Shown: piece after piece, positions 46,551 to 59,900 of the stretch
Numbering within the stretch: the stretch's first letter is position 1
Layout of the letters: the number at the start of each line of letters is the position of its first letter
Source of the DNA: Camelus ferus
Lineage: Eukaryota
Direction: 5' to 3'
DNA: 64,000 bases
Assembly: GCF_009834535.1 (NCBI RefSeq)
Contig: NC_045697.1
Span: forward strand, 436,001 to 500,000
Position numbers and translations under genes: made by a program
The notes under the pieces: model-generated
Told to the model about the DNA's origin: nothing
Seen by the model: the letters and a program-made list of their open reading frames with translations, nothing else
Databases searched by the model: none

Positions 46551-49349
46551 GTGATGTGTGCAGATACCTTTGTGTGGCTTCCCAGAAGCCCCTGGCCTGT
46601 GAGGCCGGCTTGGGCGCTCAGGCCAAGGAGGTGCAGTGTTGGTTGGTATCTGAGCGGAAAGCCAGCCTTTCACAGATGTAGCTGGAGGGGGAGCCTTGTC
46701 AGACGTGAGGGCAGGTGGGCAGAAAGGGCAAGCCTGTCCTTGGAGGAGTGGCTGGTTTGGGTTTGAGGAGAGGAAGTGGGGTGGGCCCGGGACTGTTCGG
46801 TCCCCGAAGTAAGGAAACACTGCACTGACTCCGGCACAAGCCATACCTCGCCCGCTGGCCGGCAGGGGTAGAGGGGTGGCCTCAGGGTCCGCACTGTTTT
46901 CCAGGGGGCTCCATCCCAGCCCCCTGCACCCCGAGGATAGGCTCTGCCCCCAGGGCTCCACCCGACGTGTGGCCAGTGGGGACTGAAGGCTGGGACCCTC
47001 TGTTTGCAGGGAGGGGCCAGAGGGGGGGGGCAGCGAGGCATTTCCTTTGGCAGTGGAGTGTGCCCCAGGAGCATGCCTGAGGGGTTCTTGTGACTCACTC
47101 AGCGGGACACGGGAGGGGGCCAGTTCTTTACCATGCTCAGAGAGGTGCACGGAGGGAGGCCTGGGAACAGGCAACCTATGGCCCCTTGGCCCAGGCGGGA
47201 TCTCAGGTGGGAGAGACCCTGCTTACACTGACAGTCCTGGACTCACTGAAAACCATTCTGACCCTCAGACTCTTCTGCAAACCAGGATGCTACATTCTCT
47301 CTCCCACTAAGGCTCAAGTGAGGTAGCACTTGGAAAGCATTTGCAACCCTACAAACAGAAGGTTCCTCTGTGCACACAGGTGGGCCCTCCCTCCTCCTCC
47401 CCTCGAATCCATCCATTTGTGAACACGTGTCGAGCACTGCTGGGTCTCAGCACTGGGAACACAGGAGAGACCCAGTAGACACAGCCCTACTCCCTAGACT
47501 AGGGAGGCTGGGGGACTGGGCGCATCCTGTAGCCGGAGTCCTGTCATTAGCAAGTGCCTGGTGATGTGCTGACACTCGGGTCAGGGTCCTGTCCTGTCAC
47601 TCACTCCATGGTCAGTCCCCTCGAGGTTTCAGGAGAATGAGGCCAGGGCTGTGGCCTCTGCAGACCCCCACTCCCTGCCGGCAGCCACCTCCCCTCTGGC
47701 TCCAGGGTCCTGTCTACACCCACCTCCCCGGCTCTCCGTACCCGCTCGCCCCCCATGACTGGTGGCTGCAGGGCCTCCCCACCCCGGGCCCTTGGGCTGT
47801 GTAGCTTGGGTTTGCCTACAGCACCAGGGAGCGCTTGCCAGGCCCATCCTCCAGGGTGTTTGTAGCTTTACAGGCGTCCTTTACGAGCCAGCATTGCTGA
47901 CGGTGGACTTTGGGCAGTTGTGCAACTTTGTCCCAACGGGGCAGTCGGGGGAGGGGTGGTCTGTGCTGCTCACGCCGGCCCTCAGTGGGGTGTAGAGTCT
48001 GCAGGGTCCATGTGGGAGTTGCCGAGGACAGGCAACTGTGGCGCTGTGGCGCCACCCAGAACCCAGGTGCTGAGGGGCGCTGGGCTCCAGCGGGACCTTT
48101 CGCGCTGCCTCCGGTCCGGGGGCCTCCAGGCCTGTGTGACAAGGGCTCTTTCAGGGCTGTCCCCGGGCGTGGACAGGCCTGCGGGGCCGCCTCGCTGGGG
48201 CCCCACGGGGACACGCTGCCTCCGCGGGAGTCTGGCTCCCCAGGGTCTCCCCAGTCAACAGGCCCCCCTTTGTTTGCTGGTTTGTTACCAGACGTTTACA
48301 GAGGGCCCCGTCCCCACCGGACGCCGCAGACAGCACACACAGGCCTCCAGTCCTAACAGTCCGGGGGGCCCACTGGTCCCGCCCCCCCATCCTGTCTCAG
48401 CAGCTCCTCCCTGTGCGCACCCAGCTCCACCCATCGAGGGTCTCAGAGAGGACCCCTCCCACCCTGCCCCAGGGGCACCTGGTCAGCCGGCCTGGTTACA
48501 GTCACAGCACCTCCTGCAGAGAAGTCCGCTGCCTAAGCAGACAGGGGTCTGCCTGCGAGTCAGGCAGCATACAGACTTTTGAGGCGGTTGAGTTCCAAGA
48601 AGGACTTCCAGGCCAGAGCCGCAGGCGGACGCTGCCCACCAACTCCTGAGGCCCCACCTGCCTGGAAACCCCCAGCCCCGCTCCACTCCATTCTGGGTTC
48701 AGGTTTCCCCGAGCTCTTCTGGTCGGTGGAGGCTGAATCCGGTCAGGCACCCAGGTCCCAGGCTCAGCTCTGTGGCCTCTGCAGTCCAGGGAGACGCTAG
48801 AAGCAGGGCTGGGTGAGCGGAGCGCCCCCCCTCAACAGCACCCTTTGGGGGCCTGGCAAGCTGGCTTGCCCTCTGTAAGGGTCACTCCTGCAAGCAAGCC
48901 TGGCTTGCAGGAGAGCCAGAGAAGCCAAGACACTCACCAAGTCTCACAGTAACGCCTTCTGCCCCACTTTCCCACTGTCCCGAGGAGGCCGGCCGCAGCT
49001 GCTGACCACAGGTCTGGGAAGAGAGCTGCTTCTATGTGGCTGTAAACACGGATTTTCCCTCCTTTGCAGCCGCCTACCTCCCATAAAGACAGGCCTGTCT
49101 GTGCAGGAGAATTTGCCATGTGTCTTCATCCCAGTTCAGACGCCAGGACCTCAGCAAAAAAGGCAGAGGATGGACCTCTGAAAACACTCATCCGTAAAAG
49201 CAGGGAGACAACAGGCCAAATGGTCAGAACAAGCTTTTTCAGCACCCTGGAAATTAGCCGAAGGCTTGCAGCAGGCTTTAGAGTTGTTTTTTGTTTCTTG
49301 TTTTTCAATCAAGAAAATTAGCTGAATCTTGATAAGAACAAGATATGAG

Positions 49350-49970
49350 GTTTTTGGTTTTTAGCATCTTAACCCTCTAAGCGCACAGCTCAGGGGCATG
49401 AGTACTTTCACACCACTGTGCGGCCGTCACCACCACCCGTCCCCTGAACTCTTCATCCTACAAAACTGAAACTCTGTTCCTGCTGAACAGTAACTCCCTC
49501 CTCCCCACCAGCCCCGCCAGCCGCCATTCTGCTTTCTGTCTGCAAGACTGACTCCTCTAGGGACCTTGTGTAAGTGGAATCACACAGCATTTGTCCTTTT
49601 GTGGCTGGCTTATTCCACTCTGCATAGTGTCCTCGGGTTCATCTGATTTTAGTAGGAGTCAGAATGTCCTTCCTTTTTAAGGCTGAGACATATTCTATTG
49701 TGTAGAGACCACGTTTTGCTCATTCACTCATCAGTGGACACTCGGGTGGCATCCTCGTCTCAGTGCTGTGAACATGGTTGTGAAGTATCTCTTCAAGACT
49801 CTGCTTTCAGTTCTGTGGGCTGTATACCCAGAAGTGGAATTGCTGGACCCTGTGGTAATTAATTCTCTGTTTAATTTTTTGAGGACCCTCCACTGTCGTC
49901 TACAGTGACTGCCCCATTTTATGTTCCCACCGGCGGTGCACGAAGGCTCCAGTTTCTTCACGTCCTGTCC
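49350..49970 (-). mobile_element. Nested LINE-1 3' end (reverse orientation)
   Basis: L1MA/MB-type 3' end, antisense: gtaagtggaatcacacagcatttgtccttttgtggctggcttattcc...atacccagaagtggaattgctgga. Confidence 0.8.
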
Positions 49971-50692
49971 AAGCTGGGATGTATTTCAGTTTGCCCTGGG
50001 CCCATCCTCCGCTCTCCAGCTCTGTAATAGCCTTGAAAATAACAACTCACATCCACGGTGAACACTGATCGCCCACCCTCCCCCTGCCCCCCGCCACCGG
50101 ACAGAGCAGACCAGAGCTGGAGCACTGTCAAAGCAGCTTTCCCACAAACCTGTCATCATCTGAGCCGTCTGGTGGTGTCCTGGAAGACCCCCCTTGCAAG
50201 GCTGTCTGCATCTGACTTGGTTCCAAGCTCACCCAGTATGAAAAGCCTTTTCCTCAAGGGTGATTGTTGAAAATGATGACCAAAGAAAGAAAGAAAGGAA
50301 AATGATTACAGGCAAAAAATGAACTTTGTGGTTGCCTGAGGTAATAGATAACAGTTGGGACAAACAGGAAACTAACCAGGAAGATTAGAATGAAAACCTG
50401 AGGGCTGTCAACTGCCTGGCTGAGGGGAAAAGTGTAGCCCAACACCCACAGAGCCCCATCAAAAAGACCGGGAGACTTACTGGTTCCAGGCATTAAGGAA
50501 ATCTCTGTCTGGGCAGTACCTGACCACTAAGCTGATGAAACAGACTTAGTGACCACACATGGCAGAGAAGACAGGTTTTACAGAATTAGTTTAGAAATGT
50601 CACTAAACAAATAACAATAAGCAGCAACAGCAATAAATCCCAGCGAAACTGCTGAGAAAATAATTCAAAAAACATAGTAAAAGAAACAAGTG

Positions 50693-51593
50693 GCGCATGA
50701 AAAAACGCTCAATATCGCTAATTATCAGAGAAATGCAAATCAAAACTACAGTGAGGTGTCACCTCACACCGGTCAGAATGGCCATTATCAAAAGCCCACA
50801 AATGACAAATGCTGGAGAGGCTGTGGAGAAAAGGGAACCTTCCTACACTGCTGGTGGGAATGCAGTTTGGTGCAGCTACTGTGGAAAACAGTATGGAGAT
50901 TCCTCAGAAAACTAAAAATAGACTTACCATATGATCCAGCAATCCCACTTCTGGGCATATATCCAGAGGGAACCTTAATTCAAAAAGACACCTGCACCCC
51001 GATGTTCACAGCAGCACTATTTACAATAGCTAAGACATGGAAGCAAACTAAATGTCCACTGACAGATGACTGGATAAAGAAGATGTGGTATATTTGTACA
51101 ATGGAATACTACTCGGCCATAAAAAAGACTAAAATAATGCCATTTGCAGCAACATGGATGTTCCTGGAGAATGTCATTCTAAGTGAAGTAAGCCAGAAAG
51201 AGAAAGAAAAATACCATATGATATCACTTATATGTGGAATCTCAAAAAAAAAAAAAAAAAAGACCAAAGAACTTACTTACAAAAACAGAAACAGACTCAC
51301 AGACATAGGGTTACCAGAGGAGAAGAGGGTGGAAAGGGATAAACTGGGAGTTTGAGATTTGTAGATACTAACTACTATTTATAAAATAGATAAACAACAA
51401 GTTTACACTGTACAGCACAGGGAGCTCTATCCAATATCTTTTAGTAACTTATGGGGAAATGAATATGCAAACAGATATATTTGTGTTCCTATTTGACCGA
51501 AATACTGTGCTGTCCACCAGAGACTGACACATTCTAAACTGACTATACTTCTATCAAATACATGTATACAAAAAAGTAAAAATTAAAAAAAAA
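50693..51593 (+). mobile_element. Younger 5'-truncated LINE-1 (ORF2 cysteine-rich C-terminus, 3'UTR, poly-A)
   Basis: Translates [52 protein letters not shown]...FAATWMFLENVILSEVSQ. Has an A-tail and TSD aaacaagtg at 50684-50692 and 51594-51602. Confidence 0.92.
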
Positions 51594-54500
51594 AAACAAG
51601 TGAATTAAAATGAGACACTAGAAGATATCTGTTTAACACAAAGGGAGGCAGTACGGAAGAACAGAGAACAGAAGGTTGCCGCAGGTACGGAAGACACAGC
51701 AGACAGCAGATTTAAATCCCACCTACAAGTTAAAGATTCTATGTAAATTAAATAACAAACGCTCCAATTAAAAGACAGTGAATGGCACAGTGGACAAACA
51801 TAAAACATGACCTTACTATGTGCCGTCTGCAAAAGGCAGACGTTACATTTAAAGACACAAATAGGTTGAAATCAAAGGATGCAGAGAGTAAACAAAAGAG
51901 AGCTGGAGTGACTGCACCAGTACGAGGCAAAGCTGGCTTGAGGACAAATGCTGTTACTAGAGACAAAGAAGGACATTTTACTGTGATAGAAGGCTGCTCC
52001 CACTGGGGAGACATAACCGTAGCAGACACATATGCACCTAAAACAGGGCTCCCCCAACGCATGAAGCACAGACAGAAGTCAGGGCTGAGATGGGCAATTC
52101 AACAGTAATGACTGGATGTTGGAAAAGACTCTCTACTTTCAGTAGCCTGCTTTCAAGAACGGATAAAGCAACAAGACAGCAGATCAAAGGGAAACAGAAG
52201 ACTTGAGCAACACTGTAACCCAGCTGGACCCAGCAGACAGAACTCTCCCCCTAACGACGGCACTCCCAGTGCACGTGGGGCTTCTCCAGAACAGAGCGTG
52301 TGATGTAGTGTCTCAGTAAACCTGAAATGACTGAAATCACACAAAGTATGTTCTCTCACCACAGTGGAATGAAGTTAAAAAACCAATTACAGGAAGAAGT
52401 TTGGGAAATCAAAAAATACATTGAAATTAAACATGATACCCCTTAGTAACCAATGGATCAAAAAAAATGACACTAGAAGTTAGAGAATACTTTGAGGTAA
52501 ATGAAAATGAAAACAGAAACTTACAGAATGAAGCAGAGAAACTTACAGGATGAAGCACAGCAGTGCTTCGAAGGAAATAAGAAAGATCTCAAATTCGTAA
52601 CCTAGTTGACCACCGAAAGAAACTAGAAAAAGGAGAGAAAACCAAACCCAAACCAAACAGAAGGAAATAATAAATATCAGAGCAGAAATGCATGAAATAG
52701 AGAATTTTAAAAATTGAGAAAAATCAATGAAAATAAAAGTTGGTTCTTTGAAAACATCAAGAAAATTGACCAGCTAGACCAAGAAAAAAAGGAAGAGACT
52801 CAAATTACTAAAATCAGGAATGAACTAGGAGACGTTACTAATGACCTTACAGAAATAAAAAAGAATTACAAGAGAGTCCCACGAATACCAGTGTGCCGAC
52901 AAATTAGGTGACCTGCATGGAATGGACAAACTCCTAGAAAGACACAGGCTACCAGCGCTGACTCAGAGGAACCAGCAAGCCTGAACAGACCTGTAACAAA
53001 GAGAATGAGTTAGAAATGTTTAAAAAATCACTATAAAGCAAAGCCCAGGATCACACGGCTTCACTGGTGAATTTCACCGAATATTCAAAGAAGAATTAAC
53101 ACCAATCCTTCTCCAAATCTTCCCCCAGAATAGAAGAGGGAACTCCTCCCTACTCATTCTACAAGGCTAGTGTTACCCCAAAACCAAAACTAGATAAAGG
53201 CATCTAGGAAAGGAAGACTGCGGATGAACATCCCTCATGAGTGCAGATACAGACATGGTCAACAAAACACCAGCAAACTGCATCCAGCAGCATTAAAAAA
53301 AAGATTATTCAAACAAATGCAAGGTTGGTTCAACATATAAAGATCAATCCATGTAATACAGCATATTAATACAATTAAGGACAAACACGATCATCTCAAT
53401 AGAAACAAAAACAGCATTTGACAAAATCCAACTCGTCACGATAAAAGCACTCCACAAACTAGGACCCAAAGGGAACATTCTCACACAGGGTGTCTGTGAA
53501 AAACCCATTGCTAACGTCGTGCTGGACGCTGAAAGCCTGAAAGCGTCCCCCTAAAGCAGGAGCAAGACGAGGATGCCCCTCCTGTTACTTCTCTGCAGTG
53601 TCGTGCTGGAGGCTCTGGCCAGGGAGACCAGCAAGAAGGTGAGCTGAAAGGCAGGCGCAGTGACAGAGGAAAAGAAAACCGTCTCTGCTTGCAGGCGACA
53701 TGCTCTTGTGCACAAAATCATAGGAAAGCTGTGTGGAAAATACCAGCGCTAGTGAAGGTAAGTTAGAAAGCAAGATTACAGATACAAGGTCAACACACAA
53801 GGATCAGCTGCATTTCTACACACCAGCAATGGACAATCTGGACATGAGGTTAAGAGCGTGATTCCATTCACAACAGCAGCAAAAGGGATGAAATACTTAG
53901 GAGTAAATTTAAGCAGAGGAGTGCAAGGCTCGTGCACTGAAAGCTGTAGAGCGTTGTTGGAGCAAGTGAAAGGTCCAGTACGTGGAAAGACACCTCATGG
54001 TTGTTAGTCGGAAGAATTAATACCGTTAAGATGGAAACACTCCCCAAGTTGATCTACAGACTCATTACAATTCCTATCAAAACTCCAGCTGCTTTTTTTT
54101 CCCTCCAGAAATGGAAAGGCTGCTCCTGAAAACCATGTGGGATTGTGAGGAGCCCCAGAGCCCAGGTGGCTTCCAGAAGAAGACCAAGTGGGAGGCCGCA
54201 CGCCTGCCGACTTCAAGACGCACTGCGAAGCTGCAGCATCAGGACGGCGCGGCCCTGGCCGAGAGCGGGCGCGTTAGTGACCGTTCAGAAATCAGCCTTT
54301 ACGTTCATGTTCAAGTGGTTTTTGACAAGGGCGCCCAAACCACGCACTAGAGGAAAGGTCTCCACGTGTTGCTGAGAGAAACAGACGTCCAGGGGGCAAG
54401 AGAATGAAGTTGGCTCCCACCTCACACCATACATAAAGTTTAAGTCAAAATAGATCAAGGACATAGATGTAAACACGAAAACTGTAAAACTCCAAAAAAA

Positions 54501-56120
54501 ATCTTAGGAGTAAATTTTGTGACCATGGATTAGGCAACAGTTTCTTAGATTTGACACCAAAAATGTAAACAACCAAAGGAAAAATGGATAAAATATATTT
54601 CATCAAAATGAAAACCTTTTGTGCACCAGCAAGAAAAAGAGGCAACCCACAATTTAGGTGAAAATAATTGCAAATTATATGTTTGATAAAAGTTTAGTAT
54701 CCAGAATATATAAAGAGCTCTTTCAACTCAATAATAAAAAGACAACCCAATTAAAAATAGGCAAAGGGTTTGAATGGACATCTCTCCAGACAGGACACAC
54801 ACGCGGCCAGCAAGCACATGAAATATGCTTAGGGAAATGCAAATCAAAACCACGATGGGATGCCAGCTCAGTAGGATGGATATAATTTTTTTTAAAGTTG
54901 GATAATAGCAAGTGTTGGCGAGAATGTGGAGACACTGGAATCCTCCTATTTTGCCAGTGGGAGTGTGAAATGGTGCAGCTGCTTTGGAAGCTAGTTTGGC
55001 ACATCCTCAAAACAGGCATGAAGTTACCACACAACACAGCAATTCTACTCCTGGGCCTCTGCCCAGCAGACCCGGGAGCTCGCAGTCCAGGGGAGGAGGT
55101 TGGACGACCCAGTTGCAGGAGAGGCAGCAGCGTCCCACCCCCAGTGAACCCCGGCCCCCGGGGCCACGTCTGCGATGCCACAGATGGGGCAGGGTGTGAG
55201 GCTTGTGTCGCCCCTGGGCTTTGCCCACCCAGGTTTGGCTCGCAGCTGGTAGGTGAGGGGAGGCGTGAGTGGGCTTGTTCCCAAGACCTCGGTTCGCACA
55301 TTAGCCAAGGGTCCACGGCAGCTGCAGCTGGCGAGTCTGAGCAAGCCGGGTGCTCATGTCACCTGTGCCCCCAGGGGACCAGTGCCCTGGCTCCTGGTTC
55401 CCCACCGGGACCCACATCTCCTTTGCTGGCCTCATCAGTGGCCTGAGCGTGCCTGGAGCCGCGCTTCCGCTGTCCATCTGGTGTCCTGAGGCAGGGGTGT
55501 TGCACTGCTGGGCCGGGACTTCCAGAGCCGCCCGGGTGGCCATGTTGGGAGTGTCCCAGTCCGAGTCTTCAGGGCCATCAGTCCCCATGGCCCCGGGTCC
55601 AGGGGTCCTCCCTCCAGCCTCGCCGATGTGGGCAGCATCTGAGGGGCAGACCCCTGGTGGGAGCTTCTGGACCAGCCCCGGGGGGAGGGGCTCCAGCAGT
55701 GGAGGGGAGGCTCTGTCCCTGTCCCTCAGCTGCCTCCTGGCAAGGCTGTTCCTGCCCCCAGCCCCTCGAGGCCAGCACCCTGGAGGACCAGGGGAGGCCT
55801 CCCTCCCACTCAGGACCCACTTCCCAGCCTGGAAACTCTGAGCGAGCGCTGTTGGCCCACCTCCCTGCAGCCCAATGTCCGGCTCCAGCCTCGTGGTGGC
55901 GGGCTCTCTGCCTGGGCACAGGCAGAGCGGAAATGTGGGTTGCATTTGTTCACGTGGCCTGGAGCCGGAGCCAGAGCCAACTGAAGGACAAGTACGCACT
56001 TGGGCTGCCTGGCAGGGCCCCAGCCCACAGTGGCCCCCACCCCAGTGCATGCTCAGGAGGCAGGGGACCCCCGTCCCCAGACGCCCAAGGTCTCTGAGGC
56101 ACTTCCTTCCTGCTGCTCTG

Positions 56121-56160
56121 CCAGACTGGGTCAGACTGGGCCAGACTGGGCCAGACTGGG
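56121..56160. repeat. Tandem 10-mer repeat (CCAGACTGGG) x4
   Basis: ccagactggg tcagactggg ccagactggg ccagactggg, read directly. Confidence 0.9.
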
Positions 56161-58499
56161 CCTGGCTGGCATGTTGGGGGTTAGGCCTGCCCATACCCTC
56201 CCAAGCCCCTCCCTGCCCAGGGCACCTGACCAGGCCTGACCCGCCCAGGGGCACCTCTGCCGCCCACTCTCTAGCGCCCCAACCCTGCAGGCTGTCTGCA
56301 CCACCTCCTAGAGTCCTGGGTCCCCCCAGCTGCCCGGGGAGCCCCGACCCTCCTCACAGCTCCAGGACTCTGCTTGTGGGGAGCCACATGCCTGAATTTG
56401 GGAGGGTGCCCCGAAGTGGAGCCCCTGCTGCCCCCACAGACCATGGAGACCAGAGCCTGGAGGGGGGCTCGGAGCCCCCCGCGCACTTGGTGACGCGTCC
56501 GCTCCATTCCTGCAGGGTGTCTCACAAGCACAGAAGGTGAGCCTCGCTCCTGGGGACTTGGAGAAAGTCCATCTGCCTGCCCTCCACCCGCCCCGCCAGC
56601 AGCCACACACAGGTGAGGGGGCTGAGGCTCAGAGGACTGGTCGATTCAGGGGCGGGGGCCGCAGAGCCCCCCCCCCCCCCAGGTCCCAGGGCCTGTGTCG
56701 GGACCGGGAGAGGGTGGCTCGGGCATCCACCGCTTGGTGAGCTCGGTGTCCTCTGGGCGGAACCAGGGGGAGACGGGGGGACGGGGCTCCTCCAGGCAGA
56801 TCACAAACGCCTCTCTCCATGCCAGCTCTACTGTCAAGATTCTTGTGAAAAATTTTGTTTCTGGGATAATTTTAGACTCTGAGAAGCTGCAGACATGCTT
56901 GAGTTGCCTGAACCCTCCACCAGCTTCCTCCAACGTCAAGGCTCGGAGTGCCCTGGACGGGCCGTCAATGCTGGCACCTGTCACTGCTGAACGTCAGCAG
57001 TTGCCCGGCCAGCGTCCCTCCTTGCAGGACCCCCCGGCTGCCTCGAGGACCCCCGAGTCCCGGGTGGCTCAGAGGGTGCTGACCAGGTGTCGGGCAGTGT
57101 CCGCGTTGGGTCTGCTGCTCTGTGCTGGTAGGAGGCTGGTTCAGTCAGGAATCCCTTGGGGTGGCAGGGGCAGGCGTCCTTCTTGGGGTCAGGTCAGGGG
57201 TGCTCCCATGTTGGTGGCTGCGTTCAGGCCTGAGTCACCGGGAATGGCCACCTGGGCCCAGAGATTCCTCAGGTCCTCCTCAGGACCACCTGTCCTGTTC
57301 CCTTCTCTGGGCCCCACCCCGATCTGGGGGTCTTGCCCTCCATGGGGGAGGGGCCACAACTGGACACTAATGTCCTGACATCCTGACCGCAGCCAATGGT
57401 CCTCCCCATAGGTCTGGGAGGGTCTCATTGCTGTCTGGGGGCACAGCCCCCCTGGGGAAAGCCGAGCAGGGAAGAGGATGCCCCTGGACCCCACAGGGCC
57501 TGGCAGGGGGCTGCCCTGCACTTCTCTTGTTGAAGGTGGTCAGTCTCAGCTTTGCTGTGGTCTGAGTTGGGGGTGTTCCCTCCACCTGATCCACCACCCT
57601 TCACCCACCCGTCCTCTGCCTTCTCTGCGGGCCATGGAGTCACACGCAGAGGGAGCCCAGCTGCGGCCTGCTGCCGGGACTGGCCAGGGTGGGGGGGTGA
57701 GCAGCCTCTCCCACTTCCCCACTGGGGACACCTGCAGAAGGGAGTGCTCTCTGCGGCCAGAGAGGCCAGGGTGGGTCTGGCCCCTCCACTCCCTGGGCAC
57801 GTCCCCTCAGGGCAGTGCCTCTCAGGGCCCCAGCTTCTCCTCCTCCTGGGCCATGCCCTCCCCGGATGGGCGGGTGGTGCAGCCAGGGTGGGGGCAGTTT
57901 CGTGCTCAGTGACAGAAGGAACACGTTACTTCAAGAAATATGAATGAGGCCTGGAGATCTGATCTGCAGCCCTGGAGGCAGAGGATGGTGAAAAGTCACC
58001 TCCAGGTCACAGAAGGAGGGTACATGCCCAGGCAGGACACACCAGCCCAGGGTTAGTCACTGTGAGCACAGAAAAATCCATGTGTTTGTCACCTACAAGC
58101 CTCATCCAAGGAGAATTCCGGAAAAAGACCAGCGATGACTGCAAATCAGAACAGAGGACACAAGGTGACGTCCAGGGAGGCTGGGTGGGCAGGGAGTGGG
58201 GCGGGCGAGGAGGCCAGCACAGGTGCTCCCTGTCACGCTAACATGCGCGCCCAGTGAGCGCATGGACGGCAGGGAGTTGTAGACACATGTGCCCGAAAAC
58301 ACAGGGCTAAACTCAAAGCCACTGAAGTGTAAAACACGGGCTGACGGACACACACACGGGAATTCCCCATCTCTTCATAACTAGGTGTCGTGGCAACTGA
58401 AAAACACAAGCAGATGTGGGTGTGGACGCAGATCTCATGTTCCTCAGAGAGAAAATGTCGTGCTTTCCGAGGCAGTGACGTGGGCTCGCCCACACCTCA

Positions 58500-59900
58500 G
58501 TTAGCAGGAGAGGAGGCTAACCAGATGCTCTTATTATAATCCAACAAAATTTCAAATAATTAGCAAAAAGCATCACAAACATACCCCCAATCTTAACCAC
58601 TGAGGAGCTAAGCAAGTCGCTTCCTAGGTGGCCCTTAGGTAAAGCGGAAAGTCGGATCTGAACACGCAGGCTCTCTGGAAAGCCACGGTGTAAACACGCC
58701 CCAGCGGAGCCCAGGCGCCCAGACGCGCGGGGGAGGGGCCCGCAGTGGGGACGCTGCGCCCATCCCAGGGAATTAGAACGAGAGCAATCAGGTGCATTTT
58801 AAAAAGTAGAAAGAGGAAATTACGAAGATAAAACCAGAAATTCAGTAGAAAACAAACAAGTGAAAAGGAGAAATGATAAAGCTTTTTTTCCCTAAAAGCA
58901 AATAAAATGGAAACCTTTGGCCTTGCCCCAAAGCCTGATTAAGGAAGGATGGCCTCAGTTAGAATTTGTGTATAAAATTTAGAAACCCACCTATAATTAG
59001 GAAGGAGAAAGGGGACCCAGGGACAGAAGATGCGGGGAGAGAGACACAGGAGCACAACCCGCAAGTCTGGGCGGCCGTCAGAGCCCGGAGCAGACGGGCA
59101 GCCCCGGGGATGCCCGTTACCGCAGTGACCTAACGTGGAACACGAGTGCGCAGACACGGGGACCCGGCAAGACGGCTCACGGTGAACGGACGGGGAAACA
59201 TGTTCACAGCTGAGTATGAGCTCAGCCGAAGTTACAAGGAAAGTTAGTCCAGGGTTATTTTAACTTTTCCAAGACACATAAAAAGGTGGAAAAATGTAAT
59301 TCACCTCAAGAAACCAGTGGAATCTGACACAAAACTCAATGTAGTGCAAAAAAAGAAAGCTATAGGAAAATATCACTTATAAGTGAAGATGAGAAAGAAC
59401 CCAAACAAGGGGCTAGCAAACAGAAGCCAGGACGCCTGCAAGGCTGCGCATCACGGCCGGCCAAGGCCAGGCTCCCCGCGGCCCAACGAGTCACCCAAGC
59501 AACTGCGGGAACAAAGTAGCACACCCGTCAAACCAAATCGATAGACCCTGGAAAGAAAGGAGACAAAACTCAGCAACCACTGTTACTAATAACACTAAAC
59601 TAGAAGAAGAAAGAAAAGACTGCCCACAGCGGAGGCCGAGATCGCTGCTACGCAGGAAACTCAAAACTGTCTCAAAAACGCAGGAGCAGCCAGCGATCGT
59701 CCCCTTTGTTGTCATTCAAGGTTTTCTTGGAGGTTCTAGCAAATGCAGTAAGATAAGAAAATCAAATGAGTGACAGCAACTTCAGAAATAGTAAAACTAT
59801 GAGTATGGAGAGGTTGTAAATCTAAAGACTGCCCCGCATCCTAGTTTTAAAAATTAAAAATGAGTAAGAAAAACGATCCCAGACGAATACGCGAGAACAG
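58500..59900 (+). mobile_element. Highly degraded LINE-1 remnants
   Basis: A-rich stretches with ORF2-like pieces (ttcttggaggttctagcaaatgcagtaagataagaaaatcaaatga) interleaved with GC-rich patches. Confidence 0.5.

Larger units (their letters stand above)
49120..55100 (+). mobile_element. Old LINE-1 (5' region through ORF2) with two nested L1 insertions
   Basis: ORF2-like segments throughout 51600-55050 (agcccaggatcacacggcttcactggtgaattt; catttgacaaaatccaac). Degenerate, with many stops. Confidence 0.85.

Noticed and set aside
56121..56160. Possible CRISPR-like or regulatory array
   Set aside because: Head-to-tail 10-mers with no spacers in a mammalian genome; an ordinary short tandem repeat.
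55301..56540. Overlapping 317-aa and 221-aa ORFs
   Set aside because: Open in several frames on both strands, which indicates stop-codon scarcity rather than coding. No family motif.
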